A DNA stretch of 64,000 nt, from the NCBI GenBank assembly GCA_964035545.1, contig OZ037773.1, forward strand, positions 2,633,751 through 2,697,750, given 5' to 3'. The translations under genes were made by a program, and so were the position numbers. Below, piece after piece: positions 1 through 14,200 of this stretch. This DNA comes from Bugula neritina. Lineage: Eukaryota; Animalia; Bryozoa. The number at the start of each line of letters is the position of its first letter. Positions within the stretch are counted from its first letter, which is position 1. The notes beneath the pieces are model-generated. The model saw nothing but the letters and a program-made list of their open reading frames with translations, had not been told where the DNA came from and ran no database searches.

Positions 1-1739
1 TGAGATCTCCACCCTCATCACAATTGCCTACGAGTGTTGAAATATTAGAAGTTCTTCTGTAGATTAACCTAATACAGTAACTCTCTAAAGCAAAAGTTAG
101 CAAAGGCTTCTGCACAATGTCAACAATTCCATTAAATAAAACATACTCGTTCAAGTTGTCTCTAACTATGCCATCACTGCCATATAACAGCGTTAAATCT
201 TTTGATGTCAGATTAATACTCCATATAGCATACGGATCCACTATTAACACAAGCCCAGTGTGTAGATCTCTTTGTATGGACACAATGTTGTATGGGGACA
301 TGTCCTTATATATTTCATAGTTATAAAGAATCAGACTACAATAAGAAAGGTTTGCATTTAATTTTCCTGCTGCCATCAAATACTTTGATTACTAATCAGA
401 ATGATGAATTGTTAACACTAAGAGCTAAACAAGAATCGCATGAATATAATATTTTGATACAAGTCAAAACAAGGCCAAACATGATATACTCACTCATCAA
501 AAACCGATATATACGCTCCACTTTGCCCAAATGAGCCTCTCAAAAACAACATCCCACAAATGAAGAAATATTTTCCCTAAAACAAAATGGTGAATTCAAC
601 AATTAATGTATCAAATGGTAAAGCATAATGAGAATGAAAATCAATTATAATGAACAAGGAGACACTAATGAAGGTTTTAATTGATGCTGATGAGAGTAGT
701 CTAATCTCAAAGCCCAAGAACTACTATTATCTGAGGACACATGAAAAGAAATCGAACCTAAAGCTAATATCTGAGTTAGCAGTGAATATAGCAATCTATG
801 TATGGTTTGACATGAGATAGATAAATAAATGTAGGCATTACTTACCCATATTTTGACAGCAGATGTGAAATGCATAGTTTAACCTGGAAAAGAATGTTTC
901 AACAAGCGGAAATTATAATGAGTTAATATGAATATAAAATACTAAATGAAAATAAATTCCAATAGTGTGAAACTTGATTGTTGCAGGTTAACTAGTTCCA
1001 TTGTTTGGATTGAATCAGAATACAGGGAGAAATTATGTTATGTTACCGGTAACTATGTAGTAATGTCTCTTGGATAAAGAGATATGCGATTTTTAATTGC
1101 TTTTTATGCAATAACCTAATTCGTCTTTCAACCTCCATCTTGTAAGTACAGAGCACATTAAATTTCTCTACGAAGTACTTTTTAGAATTACGGGTTAATG
1201 GAGAAATGGGATTGCACATGAAAAGCCTATTGTAACACTGACACGGCTATGAAATCAAACTGATAATTAATTTTGGCCACTCTGATTAATATTCAAGACT
1301 GTTATCAACTGCTATAAATATATAATTTGAAGTTGGACAACCGAAAACTATACACATGAGAGAAGACATTGTTTGCTGACCAAGAACTTAAATTACTGAA
1401 ACTATCTGTTTCCATGCTCAATCATAAAGTCTATTTGGTCAACAGCTTTCCGCATGGTAACTAATAATATAGTCAAAATGAGTGTCATATATGAACAATC
1501 TTTCAAGGTAACAAGCTTGGAACAAGAACCATCAAATAGTGTTTGTCTTTATATGCACTGTTTATTGTAGAGTCATATTCATATAATTTGGTGCATGGCA
1601 TAAATAAACATTCATTGATAACATGTCATTGGTTATAAATATAAAATATGTATGCCATGACTAAAATATATGGCGAAGTAAAATTAGAAAATTTTCAAAT
1701 GCATGTCGTACAAAAAGGTACTCCAAAGAAAAGGTAAAA

Positions 1740-4700
1740 TCATTCACTAGAACTAGGAAAACAGTCCATAAGGCTGCAAATAGACTCTTGAACAAGAAAC
1801 AGGGTCTTTGCTTTCTTTGATTTTGCTTTTTGAGACATCATATAGTTTCTAACCGCTTTTTCCTTAAGGCAAGACAACTCTTCTATGAGCCCATCCTCGT
1901 TGCATAGTAGCTACAAGAATGCAATCTCAAAATGATAAATGGGCACAAACACCTGCAGTACCTGCCAGTGAGAAAAAATCATTTGTCACATGATCAAGCA
2001 CTTGCTGATCACATGACTAAGCCCTTGTTGATCACATGACCAAATACTTGTAAGTCACATGATTCAAAAGGTGCCAGAATCTCGCCTGGTCAGAAAAAAC
2101 ACCTGCCAAGCTAACACCTGCGCCACTATTCACACACCTGGAGCTATGTTATATCATGCAGACAATAGAGCGTCACTCATACCTCTAGAACGCTGGTGTG
2201 AGCAGCAAAGGATTGGAAAGCAGTGCAGGCTGTCTGAAAGACCAGAGGTCCGGTGCTGACGTAAATACCCATCAGCTGAAGCACAGCTCCTATTAGATAC
2301 TCGGTGTTGATCACTTTCTCCGCCGTATTCGGGTCCTTCAAAAAGCACATATGTTTATCAACTTCAGGTGGCACCAGAAATTCAATTATTTAATTATCCG
2401 GTATACTAGATCTCCCTCGGATAAGTGAACTGTGCTAGGTTTCACAGTAAACTTGTGGATCAATGGTGAGTTTCTGACAGACAATTGTTTAGTTGCCCAC
2501 CTTAGGGTGGAAAGACTAATCACGAAGACTAGATACATACAGTTTCTACATTATGCTAGAAGACTTGTCAGAAAGACTAGATATATACAGTTTTTAAACT
2601 CGTCAGGAAAAAAACTAATCAAGTGGCCTACAAATTTCTGACTGTGTGCAAGTGGAGAGACAACTCCAAGATTTAGACATAAGACAGGATAGAGTGACAC
2701 ACCTGAGCCAAGTTATTAATGACCTCTAGAGTGAGCTGGAGGATCTCCTTGTGTGGCTCACTGCGGTTACAAGACACCATCAACTTCACCAGCTCGAGCA
2801 GCGCTCCCGACTCAACCATACTGGAGCGACATTTCCCAGAATACCTTGTCGTCACAATCAGGTGTCGTAAGGCTTCCAGAATCTTCCCGATTAAACTGAG
2901 AATAAGACAAGCGGCAGACATTATAATGACGATGTGTGAGTATCAACAGTCAGCAAAACAAAACCTGTTGCTAATCAGTTAGAGTATGAACTTATGAAAA
3001 CTGAGTTGTCACAGTGAACAGTCCTAGCAGAATCATAACATGTTGCTGTAAATAGAGTTTGGATAACCAAGAAAATCAGCATTTGCCACAAATCAAGTTG
3101 ATTATGAGTGACGACAGAGTTTAGTTCATAAGAATTTTATTCAAAGAGCTTGAAGTAATAAAAGTTAATCTAACTTTTAAGCTTAGAGTACGATATGACT
3201 CCATATTTGAAAAGTGTAAACAGGAAGCAGGGCTGTACAGCAGATTATATCCAGACAAATATCGTACAACAAAGTGACGGAAATACCTGTATTTCAAAAT
3301 AAACTGCAGAGCTCTCTGATTTCTCTGGAGGAGGGTCATGTGACATTTGACGCGGCTGTTTGCTTTCTGCAAATTCTGTCTAATGGCGGCCATTTTCTTT
3401 TTCTTCACAGTTAGACGAACTTTCCTGCCTCTCCATGCCGCCTGCCCGGTAATATTTATAATGTATGAAAAAACGGGCTATATATCTTATCTAGAGGTTT
3501 GAACATAAAATAACTAAGCATGACCAATGTTAAAAATATATTTACAGCAAATGAGTTTGATGACTTCTACGTATGCACCATCTAAATGAACACTTCCAGG
3601 AGAGTATATAACGGAGTAGGTTTGAAGAACAGTCCTACACATAGAACACTATCTATACAGACAACAGAGACATGGTGTACCTGAAGAGTGATGACTGCAC
3701 AGCGTCGTATGTTTGCCGACCTACGAGCCAACCACCGTCTTATATAACTCTGTAGGACTATGGCAGCAGCAACCTGCGCCTTCATGTCATCTAGATGGGC
3801 CAAGTACTGGCGCCTTAAGTGCATCATCCTATACCAACTCTAGAAAATGTGGAAACAGCTTTTTTATAAAATATAGCAGTAATTTAAAAAACACATATTG
3901 AACGGAAAAATGTAAAACATATCTTAGCCGAAAATTATGAAAGAGAATAACCAATACCTGCAACTTGACAACAGCTTGAATGTGCTCTTTGGCTTTTTCC
4001 AAGACCTTCTGCTTCATATGGCTTCTCCACCACGTTTGAATAGTAAGTGCAGCACCGACTTGCACACAAAAGGCCTGTCTAGCTACACTTGCTCGCCAAG
4101 CAGTCTGTATTCTTATCGCAGAGATACGCATACGCAGGTACCGTGAGCGACACTGCCTGATGCGGTTCCATGACCTCCAGACACGCTGAAGTATCTTCAC
4201 GGCATCTTTAACTCTTGAGTATTGCAGCCGAGCACGCACAGCCCGATAATAAGACTGAATAGTTATGGCAGCTCCTTTAGTTACCAAATAATTCTCTCTC
4301 TCCTTTCTCATTGCGATATTGGCTCTCCACCTCCTCTGAATAGCCAGCACAGAGCCAATCAGCTCCTGGTAACTATCCCGACAGATCTGCTGATCCTTTA
4401 AATGTCTCCACCACTTCTGTATAACGACAGTCGAAGAATATGTCTTCAAGTACTGTTGCCGAGCCTTGCATCCAACCACAGATGCTCTGTACCAACTTTG
4501 TATCTTCAACGCTGAGTGCTTTTGGAGAAGGAAGTTAGCGCGGATTGATTTCATGATTAGGTAGCTTCTGAAACATTTTTGTATTTTGACAACACAGTGT
4601 CTGATTTCATCATATTTGCACCCATCACAGACCTTGGCTTGGTACGCCCTCCAATACCTCTGAATACAAAGTGCAGCTTTCTTTTTCAATTTAAAGTTTT

Positions 4701-7700
4701 GGCGATCAGCCAGGGATCGATAAAATCTCTGAATGCTTATCGCTGCATTCACCAAAGCATTGTACTCTTTTTTTTGCCTTTCTGTACGCTTGAGAGCTGA
4801 ATACCATCGCTGTATGATCACAGCTGAACGCCTCATAGATTGAAAGTAAGCATAATCATGTCTCAACTTTTTATATCTTCTGTAAGTTCTCTGCATTATA
4901 ATCGCAGATGATCGGATATTTGAAAACTGACTTTGACATTTCAACATCAACTTCTTTGCCCTCCAGCGCCCTTGAATGAATACGCTGCTTTGTCTGAGCA
5001 AAATGAAAGTCTTGCGAGTGACCACCATCAACATCGTTGCTCGATACCACGATTGTATACCTAACGCCGCCGATTTGAACTGCAAGAAATCCTGTCTGAG
5101 TTTTCTGGCCAATACCACTGCCTTTCGCCGACGCTGCATTAACAACACATTTGACCTCAAACAAAGGAATTCTGTCCTGCATTTTTTCATAAGCATATAT
5201 GATCTTAAGCAGCGTTGTATGATCAGAGAAGCATTCACCAACCTAAGATAAGATTGTCTGGCATGGCGACAACTAACTTGAACTCTGTACCATGTCTGAA
5301 TCTTTAAAGCTGAGCGCTGATGCAGGGCCAATTCTGCACCTGATTTTTTTATCTGACTTGTTTTACGATACCAGACTTGAATTTTCTGTGCAGATTGTAC
5401 TATTGTACGATACAGTTTGCGCTGCACTGCCATTTGTTTAACTGATCGGTACCATTGCTGTATTGTAACTATAGCACGTCTGGTTGTTGTGTACTGAAGT
5501 TTATCACTTGCCATAATTCGACATCTTCTATAAAATGCTTGAATACAGAGAGCAGAATTTCTTTTTTCCAGGAACTGTTCACGGCACACTGACATTTTCT
5601 TCATAGACCGCCACCTTCTTTGAACAAATAGACACGCAGATCTTAGTGCAAGGTAATTCAACCTGATGACCTTTGTTTCCTGAACTTGCCGAAACCATCT
5701 CTGAATTTTAATGGCAGAAGATTTCATGACAGAGTAATGAAGTTGCTCTTCTTTGATAACTTTTCGCTCTCTAAACTTTCTTTGTATGCATATGGCAGCC
5801 ATCTTGTACTCTATGAACAGCTGACGACATTTACGCATTCGTAAAATAGAACGCCATCTCCGCTGAATAACAATACTTGCATTAATTAGCATGAGAAATT
5901 TTGCTCTAGCAAGCTTTGCCTTTCGAACTTGCAGAAACCATCGCTGAATCTTGATAATGGCTGACCTGGTAGATGCATACCGTTTTTCCTCTGCTTTTGC
6001 TACAAGTGACAGACGGTATTGCCGCTGGATGCAGATGGCAGCCTGATTCCTTAAAATAACTTGCTGTTTCAGTTTTCTACTTGCGAGTTTGGCTCTGAAT
6101 AGTCTCTGACAACACTGAACTGAGGCAGTCAACCTGAGATAGTACTTCCTCTCAGTTTTGCCACGCCGCACTGTCCGCCACCACATCTGGATTTGTAATG
6201 CTGCTTTCTTCATAGATTGATATCTCTGACTACACTGTCTTGCTAGCCTGTTTGTTTTATAACGCCTTTGACAGATTGCTACATACTTTTCCAGTTGTCG
6301 TAATTCACGATCAGCACGTACTTTTCTGAATCTCCGCTGTACCACCATAGTTGCTTTTCGTAAAGCCACATACTTTTGCCGTTCCTTTTTGCCAACAAGA
6401 AAGGCTTTGATAGAATGCTGAATACAGAGAGCGGCGCTTTGCCTTTTTTTGTTCAACAAGTAAACTTTGAAACGTGACTTGATTACATTTGCGGCTTTGC
6501 ACTTTTGAGAATACTCAACTCTAGCTTTCTGACGTTGCCTGTGAGATCGATACCAAGACTGGATTTTTCCAGCAGCCTTTTTAGCTGAGAGAAACCGCCA
6601 TCGAGTGACTACCACATTTCTAAACCAGCTCTGAATGACCACTGCTGCTTCACTTTTTTTCAGCTTTTCCAACTCTGCTGACCGCACGGAACACTAAAAT
6701 AAAAATTTATAAATGTGAATCCCAGTTCTTCGCCCCTTGACTTCGATAAATTCAAAAGTAAACCAAAATTCATACAAAAATACCTTTTTTCGCCAAATTC
6801 GTTGAAAAACCCTTGCTGCCCATGTCTCTAGCCGTACCTCTGAAATAAATTGGGCAAATAAATATGACATGTTACATCATCACATAAGTTTTAGCGCCCA
6901 GATCTGTACAAAAGCGGGCGACAATGTCCAACTTAGTAGCAATTTTTTCTAAACAATATAAATATGATTTAACACTGCTGAGATGGCTATAGAGTATAGA
7001 TGTTAGCTGAAACTATAGAATTGAGTATTGGGTACTACCACCTGACTCAAGGCATAATCAAAGCAAATGAAAGTCTATGCATACCTAGAAGTCTTGCACA
7101 GATATACGTGACGTAAAGGCAATTTGTTTTCTCATCAGGTACAGACGAAGCAGCTTCAGATGAAATGATAGGAATGCCACCGAGGTCAGTAACCTGTATA
7201 TCGACCAATGAGAGAGCTGATGCTAACATTTTAAGGTAAATGCACTAACCAAAGTAATGGTGACATTAAACTGGCTGATTGACATAAATATACAGAACAC
7301 GGACTCTTTTATATAAAATATTTATCAAGTTTAAAAATTACATGCAAGTTCCACAGCAGATGAAAAGACACAATTGATAAATTAACTCATATGCTTGAGA
7401 CTTTAATAAAAATTACAAATTCAAGTTTCTTAAAAACAAATTCAGCTAAAGACGGAAAAAAATTCAAGAAAGCAACTTTTTTAAATACAAAATTTTAAGT
7501 CACGCTAAATACAAATTTTCAGCCAAGAATCTGAAGCGCTTGTTTCATTTTAGACTTCTGCCTTCATACTAGAATTGTTGAAAAATTAATGTTAAAAATT
7601 AAAATCTAAGAAATACAACAAGTAATACTTACAGCTGTGCGCACAGACTTGAAATTAGCTTTGCTACTTTGCGCCAATGCCTGTATAGATGCAGAGTCAT

Positions 7701-9926
7701 CCAACACTAAAACACAAGAGACTGTGAGACTACACTATCACAGAGTTCCACGAATACAACATGTACAATATAATCTAACACGCTGAAACAATGCATACAG
7801 TCAAAGGTCAACAGTGTAACACAAATCTATAAAGATATTTTATAAGGCAGCGATAGCCATTCAACACACAGCTTTAAAGAAGCTCCAAACATATGAATGC
7901 ATGCGTCGGAAAAAACTAATTGCTACTACTATGACTATTTCAACACAACACACCCTGATGTTTAGCATAGCTAGTGAGTGTAGTGTTATCTTCTATTTCT
8001 GGTATGAGGGCAGGTTGGTAGTGTCTCAGCAAGTAACACAGAGCTCTGCCATCTGAGAAAGACGCGGAGAAATTGACGACCGGCACAGAATAGTGGGCGC
8101 ATACGAGGGCAGCCCAGCGCAGCAGCAGTCCTTTCGCCGTGTCATCTGCAAACAAGAAACCAACATGCCATCAGAGAAAAAGGTCAAAATCTAAGTATAT
8201 GCCAAGAAAAACACTCTCTGCTTAAAACAGAAAATATTCAATTAATTTGCTACTTGAAAAACCTACCAGATGCGAGTGGCTCTAGAACAGAGGCTGGGGA
8301 GATGCCTAAACCAATCAGTGAGGTTCGGAGTCTAGAAATTTCATCCTGAAGTTGATTTAAATCTACCAGCTGAGTGATCTACGGATGGTACAAAAGTGAA
8401 ATTAGCATCTTAATGAAGTAATGCCAGCGCATTACCAGACAGGGGTATAAGAACAATACCAGACAGAGATATAAGCACGCACCTGGAAGTTGGCAATGAC
8501 TATCCACAGCAGCTGTAAAGTCTTGTCTCTGTGTCCAGACACAATGTCCTCTGCTTTGATTGGCTGGAAGTCTACACTTCTACCGGCCAATGAGCTGAGC
8601 GCAACCTGCAAAGGAATTTAACAAGTTGCTTTGCAGAATTCCCACGCTAAGGAGAAGGGCATGTGAAAGGATGGCAATGTGACCGACCGTACAGTTAAAC
8701 AAAGAGCAGAGGCTAGCTTTGAGATATTAGAGGGGTTTTGGAAGTTACCTGCACATTGCGCCGCTTGTTGGTAAGAGTGACTGCAGGAACTTTCAACTTC
8801 TCACTCAAAGTGTAATCTTTGGTCAGTATCTCCACTATTCGGCTAAAATATTCACCAACATAGACTGTGCTCTCTTTAAAACTTCTACTCGATGCATGAA
8901 ACGACTCATTATTATTTTATAGAATATGGAACTAATGCTAAAGTTTTGCCTAAAACTTATATAGTCTGTAACAACATATAAAATATATATTTATATATTA
9001 CCAAAACATAAAATCTGCCACACTGTATAGTATTTAAATAAAATAGACTACACATATAAAGTACAAGCGCAAAGTTCTGTAGCCTTAGCTACTTATAGTT
9101 CATAGTTGGTACTCACACAAGGCGTACCCCGTCTTTGAGATCAACTTTCAGATTACTCACTCCGTACTGATATTCGTCGAGCGCCCTCTGTTGGTAGGTT
9201 ACTCGGTACCCAAACTGCCGTAGATGTTTGAGTAAATCACCTGCACCAGAGTATGCAACATGTATACGAACAGAACTGTATTGCATCATATATAAATATA
9301 TTAGCCTATATATACATAAATGTATTACATTGGGCAAATTGAATTTTTTTTTACTGGAAGTTGTGAAGGTATGAACACACCTTTAGGAAAAACATGAAAT
9401 CCAGTTTCATAGGGAGAGAGTAGATGTTATGTGCTGATAGAGAGACAATGTGTTGAGAGTAAGTGTTGATAGAGAGATTATGTGTTGATGGAGAGTAATT
9501 GTTGAGAGAGAGTAAGTATTGAGAGTAAGTGTTGAGAGTAAGTGTTGAGAGATAGTAAGTGTTGAGAGCAAGTGTTGAGAGCAAGTGTTGAGAGCAAGTG
9601 TTGAGAGAGAGTAAGTGTTGAGAGCAAGTGTTGAGAGAGAGTAAGTGTTGAGAGATAGTAAGTTACCTTCAGCTGTCAACACTTCTCTAGCCATAAACAG
9701 CAGCATCTCTGAGCTGGACTTGATATCTGACTTGAGTAGGAAGAGACAAGGGTCATACTCGATGAGGCGCTTGGGTTTTGCCACGTCCAGAAAGTATACC
9801 TTCAATATTATAACATCTTTGTATGTATGAGACCATCAGCTTTAATACTACTTCTGCTGCTGCTGCTGCTGCTGCTACTACTACGGCTACTACTACTACC
9901 ACTACTACTTCTACTATTACCGCTGT

Positions 9927-9965
<39 letters not shown>

Positions 9966-10033
9966 CACTACTACTACCACTACCACTACCACTACCACTA
10001 CCACTACCACTACCACTACCACTACCACTACCA

Positions 10034-10065
<32 letters not shown>

Positions 10066-11262
10066 GCTACTACTACTACTGCTACTACTACTGCTACTAC
10101 TACTACTGCTACTACTACTGCTACTACTACTACTGCTACTACTACTGCTACTACTACTACTGCTACTACTACTGCTACTACTACTACTGCTACTACTACT
10201 GCTACTACTACTACTGCTACTACTACTGCTACTACTACTACTGCTACTACTACTGCTACTACTACTACTGCTACTACTACTACTGCTACTACTACTGCTA
10301 CTACTACTACTGCTACTACTACTGCTACTACTACTACTGCTACTACTACTGCTACTACTACTACTGCTACTACTACTGCTACTACTACTACTGCTACTAC
10401 TACTGCTACTACTACTACTGCTACTACTACTACTACTACTACTACTGCTACTACTACTGCTACTACTACTACTGCTACTACTACTACTACTACTACTACT
10501 GCTACTACTACTACTACTACTACTACTGCTACTACTACTACTGCTACTACTACTGCTACTACTGCTACTGCTACTACTACTGCTACTACTGCTACTACTA
10601 CTACTGCTACTACTGCTACTACTACTGCTACTACTACTGCTACTACTACTACTACTACTACTACTACTGCTACTACTACTACTACTGCTACTACTACTGC
10701 TACTACTGCTACTACTGCTACTACTACTACTACTACTACTACTACTAGTACTACTACTGCTACTACTACTACTGCTGCTGTTACTCTACTACTACTACTG
10801 CTACTACTACTGCTACTACTACTACTGCTACTACTGCTACTACTACTGCTACTACTACTGCTACTACTACTACTACTACTACTGCTACTACTACTACTAC
10901 TGCTACTACTACTGCTACTACTGCTACTACTGCTACTACTGCTACTACTACTACTACTACTACTACTAGTACTACTACTGCTACTACTACTACTGCTGCT
11001 GTTACTCTACTACTACTACTACTACTACCACCACTACTACTACTGCTACTCTTACTCTACTACTACTACTACTACTACTACTGCTACTAGTACTACTACT
11101 ACTACTACCACTGTTACTACTACTACTACTACTACTACTAGTACTACTACTGCTACTACTACTACTGCTGCTGTTACTCTACTACTACTACTACTACTAC
11201 CACCACTACTACTACTGCTACTCTTACTCTACTACTACTACTACTACTACTACTGCTACTAG

Positions 11263-11298
<36 letters not shown>

Positions 11299-14200
11299 CA
11301 CTGTTACTAACCAGCATGAGGATTTTCTTTATAATGTGTTTGCCGATCTCAAACTCATATCCCTGTTTGTACAAATTAGCGACATAAGAATGAGAATATC
11401 TCTGTGAGATAAGAGGATCTCCCAGTATTCTAGTCATAATCACAGCCTACAACAGTATTGTATACACAATATGTACTACAGTCTAAAACAGTAATGTATA
11501 CACAGTATGTACTACAGCCTACAACAGTAGTGTATACACAGTATGTACTACAGTAGTGTATACACAGCATGTACTACAGCCTACAACAGTACTGCATACA
11601 CATCGCTACAGCCTACAATAGTAGTATATATACATGTTACTACAGCATACAACCCATTGCTAAAACCTTGACACTGTGTACATATGTAGCAAGAAATAGT
11701 CACAGGAAGTGCAAGCAAGCACTAAACTATATATGTATTGCTGTAGTCGAGAATACTTTATTTGAGGCTAAGAACTAAGCACACACTGCTAGACAGTAGC
11801 TCCCATGTGTGTGAAGTGGAAGGTCAGGGCTCCTACCTTTAGTGATGTCATATCTCTGGGAGACTTGAGAAAGACAACTTCTCCTAAAATAGCCTCCAGT
11901 CCAACACGGAGCCACAGGGGAGAGTAGGACAGGAGGGCTGTGGCAATACCCTCCCTCAATCCTATAATAATTTCACTAGAATTTTGCAATCTGTTTATGT
12001 GGTTCCTGGTGACCATTTCCAGCAATATCAGAACTTACACACGCCATAAATAAATAAAACCAGTTTTTGAGGAAAAGACAACTCCAGCTAATCAAATAAA
12101 AATCTTATTTGAAAACCTGATCAAGGCAGTTTCTTTACTTTGTCTAATGGGCAATTAAAACCAAACAGTAGCAAATAAAAATAAGGCAACTCCTGAGCCC
12201 GTTAACATAGAGGCGTATTACCGATATCAGCGTGTAGCTTTTTGTCCCGCAGAACTCGAAGTTTTCCCTCATCCACAGCGACCTCAATCGCCATCATAAC
12301 TTTTATAACCTCTTCGCTCTACAACACCACAGCAGCTGCTGATACAGTGGAGATATCATTTAAGGAGCCAACCCTCTACCACATCATATCCTTACTATTA
12401 TGCTATCCCCAGAATCAGCTTAGCACCAGTTTATATGCTGAAGGACAGACAACCTTATGACGTCAATAAAACACAAGACAAAATAAAACAAACTAAGACC
12501 TGGCAATGGAATTCGCCAGTTCTAGTAACACTTGGTGTGCCTCTACACTATTTCTCTCTCACTCCAGACAGACAAACCTGAAAAAGTCGTAGAGCTCGTT
12601 GTCTCAAGGAGTTCAGCTTCTGGATAGCCTTGTAGCTGCGCAGTGACATCACTTCCTTTGACGGAGCTTTGCAAGGCCTCGAGGTGCTGGTGAGGAGTGA
12701 AGTTGTGTCTCCTGCAAACAATATTGCTATAAACAAATAGTTTGTGTATAGCAATATATAGTGTGTTAAGACACCAAGTGCGCTATAAACTACGCAGTAT
12801 AGTATAAACTACACAGTATAGTATACACTACACAGTATAGTATACACTACACAGTATAGTATACACTACACAGTATAGTATAAACTACACAGTATATAGT
12901 ATACACTACACAGTATAGTATACACTACACAGTATAGTATACACTACACAGTATAGTATACACTACACAGTATAGTATACACTACACAGTATAGTATAAA
13001 CTACACAGTATATAGTATACACTACACAGTATAGTATACACTACACAGTATAGTATACACTACACAGTATATAGTATACACTACACAGTATAGTATAAAC
13101 TACACAGTATATAGTATACACTACACAGTATAGTATACACTACACAGTATAGTATACACTACACAGTATAGTATACACTACACAGTATAGTATACACTAC
13201 ACAGTATAGTATACACTACACAGTATATACTATACTGTATATAGTATAAACTACACAGTATAGTATACACTACACAGTATAGTATACACTACACAGTATA
13301 GTATACACCACACAGCTGACTGACTCACCATCAACTATGACCTCTTCCCCTTCAGCATCCTCCCCCAGTGTAGGGGTTAACAAGTGGTTGATCCAGCGCG
13401 TGAACCCCTCCTCCTGCTTATCTCTCCACCTGAATTGTAATAAATTATAAAACACAACTATATAATATGACATTTCACAATCATACAATGACTTATCAAC
13501 TGTTTTATGCTGAATGGTATTGTCATACTACCACGGCTATATTGCCATACACTATCATTAGTCTTCACACACTTCATTGTCTCAAAAAAGCAAATAGCAA
13601 AACACTGCCAAGTGAATAACAGTCACAGATGGGTTAAAAAATATATAAACTAATGCAAAGCAAAATGTAGCATAGCATTTTTCATTTTATCAAGGAAGAC
13701 CATATTCCTTGCACACAGTTGACACATAGAACTGACGCATCTCATACACAGCTGACGTATACATGAGACAGTGCTGACATATATAACACAGGGTTGACAC
13801 ATAACCGACACATTTCATACATATATAGCCGATACATAACTAACAGTGTTTACGCATTACTGACACATGACAGTGATGATTCATACATGACACATAGCTG
13901 ACACATAAATGAGTCAGAGATGATAGCCAGCATAGCTTAATAAAATCAGCTACTCACCTGTCATCATAGAAGCGATTGTGAGAGGCATAAGGCAGGATCT
14001 GCTTCACAGACGTCTCTCTGGGTACTGGAGGCTTCAACTTGAGAGTTCTAACCAGACCTCTGGCTGATGCTGCAACAAGAGAGAATACACTAGAAACAAG
14101 GGGAGGGGGAGGTTATTAGCTCCCAACAAATTGAAAGATATTTGATAGGTATACATGAACTCTAAATAATCATAGTTTATGTACTACAACACATCATTAC

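Noticed and set aside
1-1739. Short ORFs at the window start
   Set aside because: AT-rich with no motifs; probably ASPM 3'UTR or intergenic sequence.
9753-11443. Long poly-Thr/Leu/Val/Tyr ORFs (479 aa, 380 aa etc.) resembling a mucin
   Set aside because: These are stop-free frames of an intronic trinucleotide tract between two in-frame ASPM exons, with no signal peptide or complex sequence.
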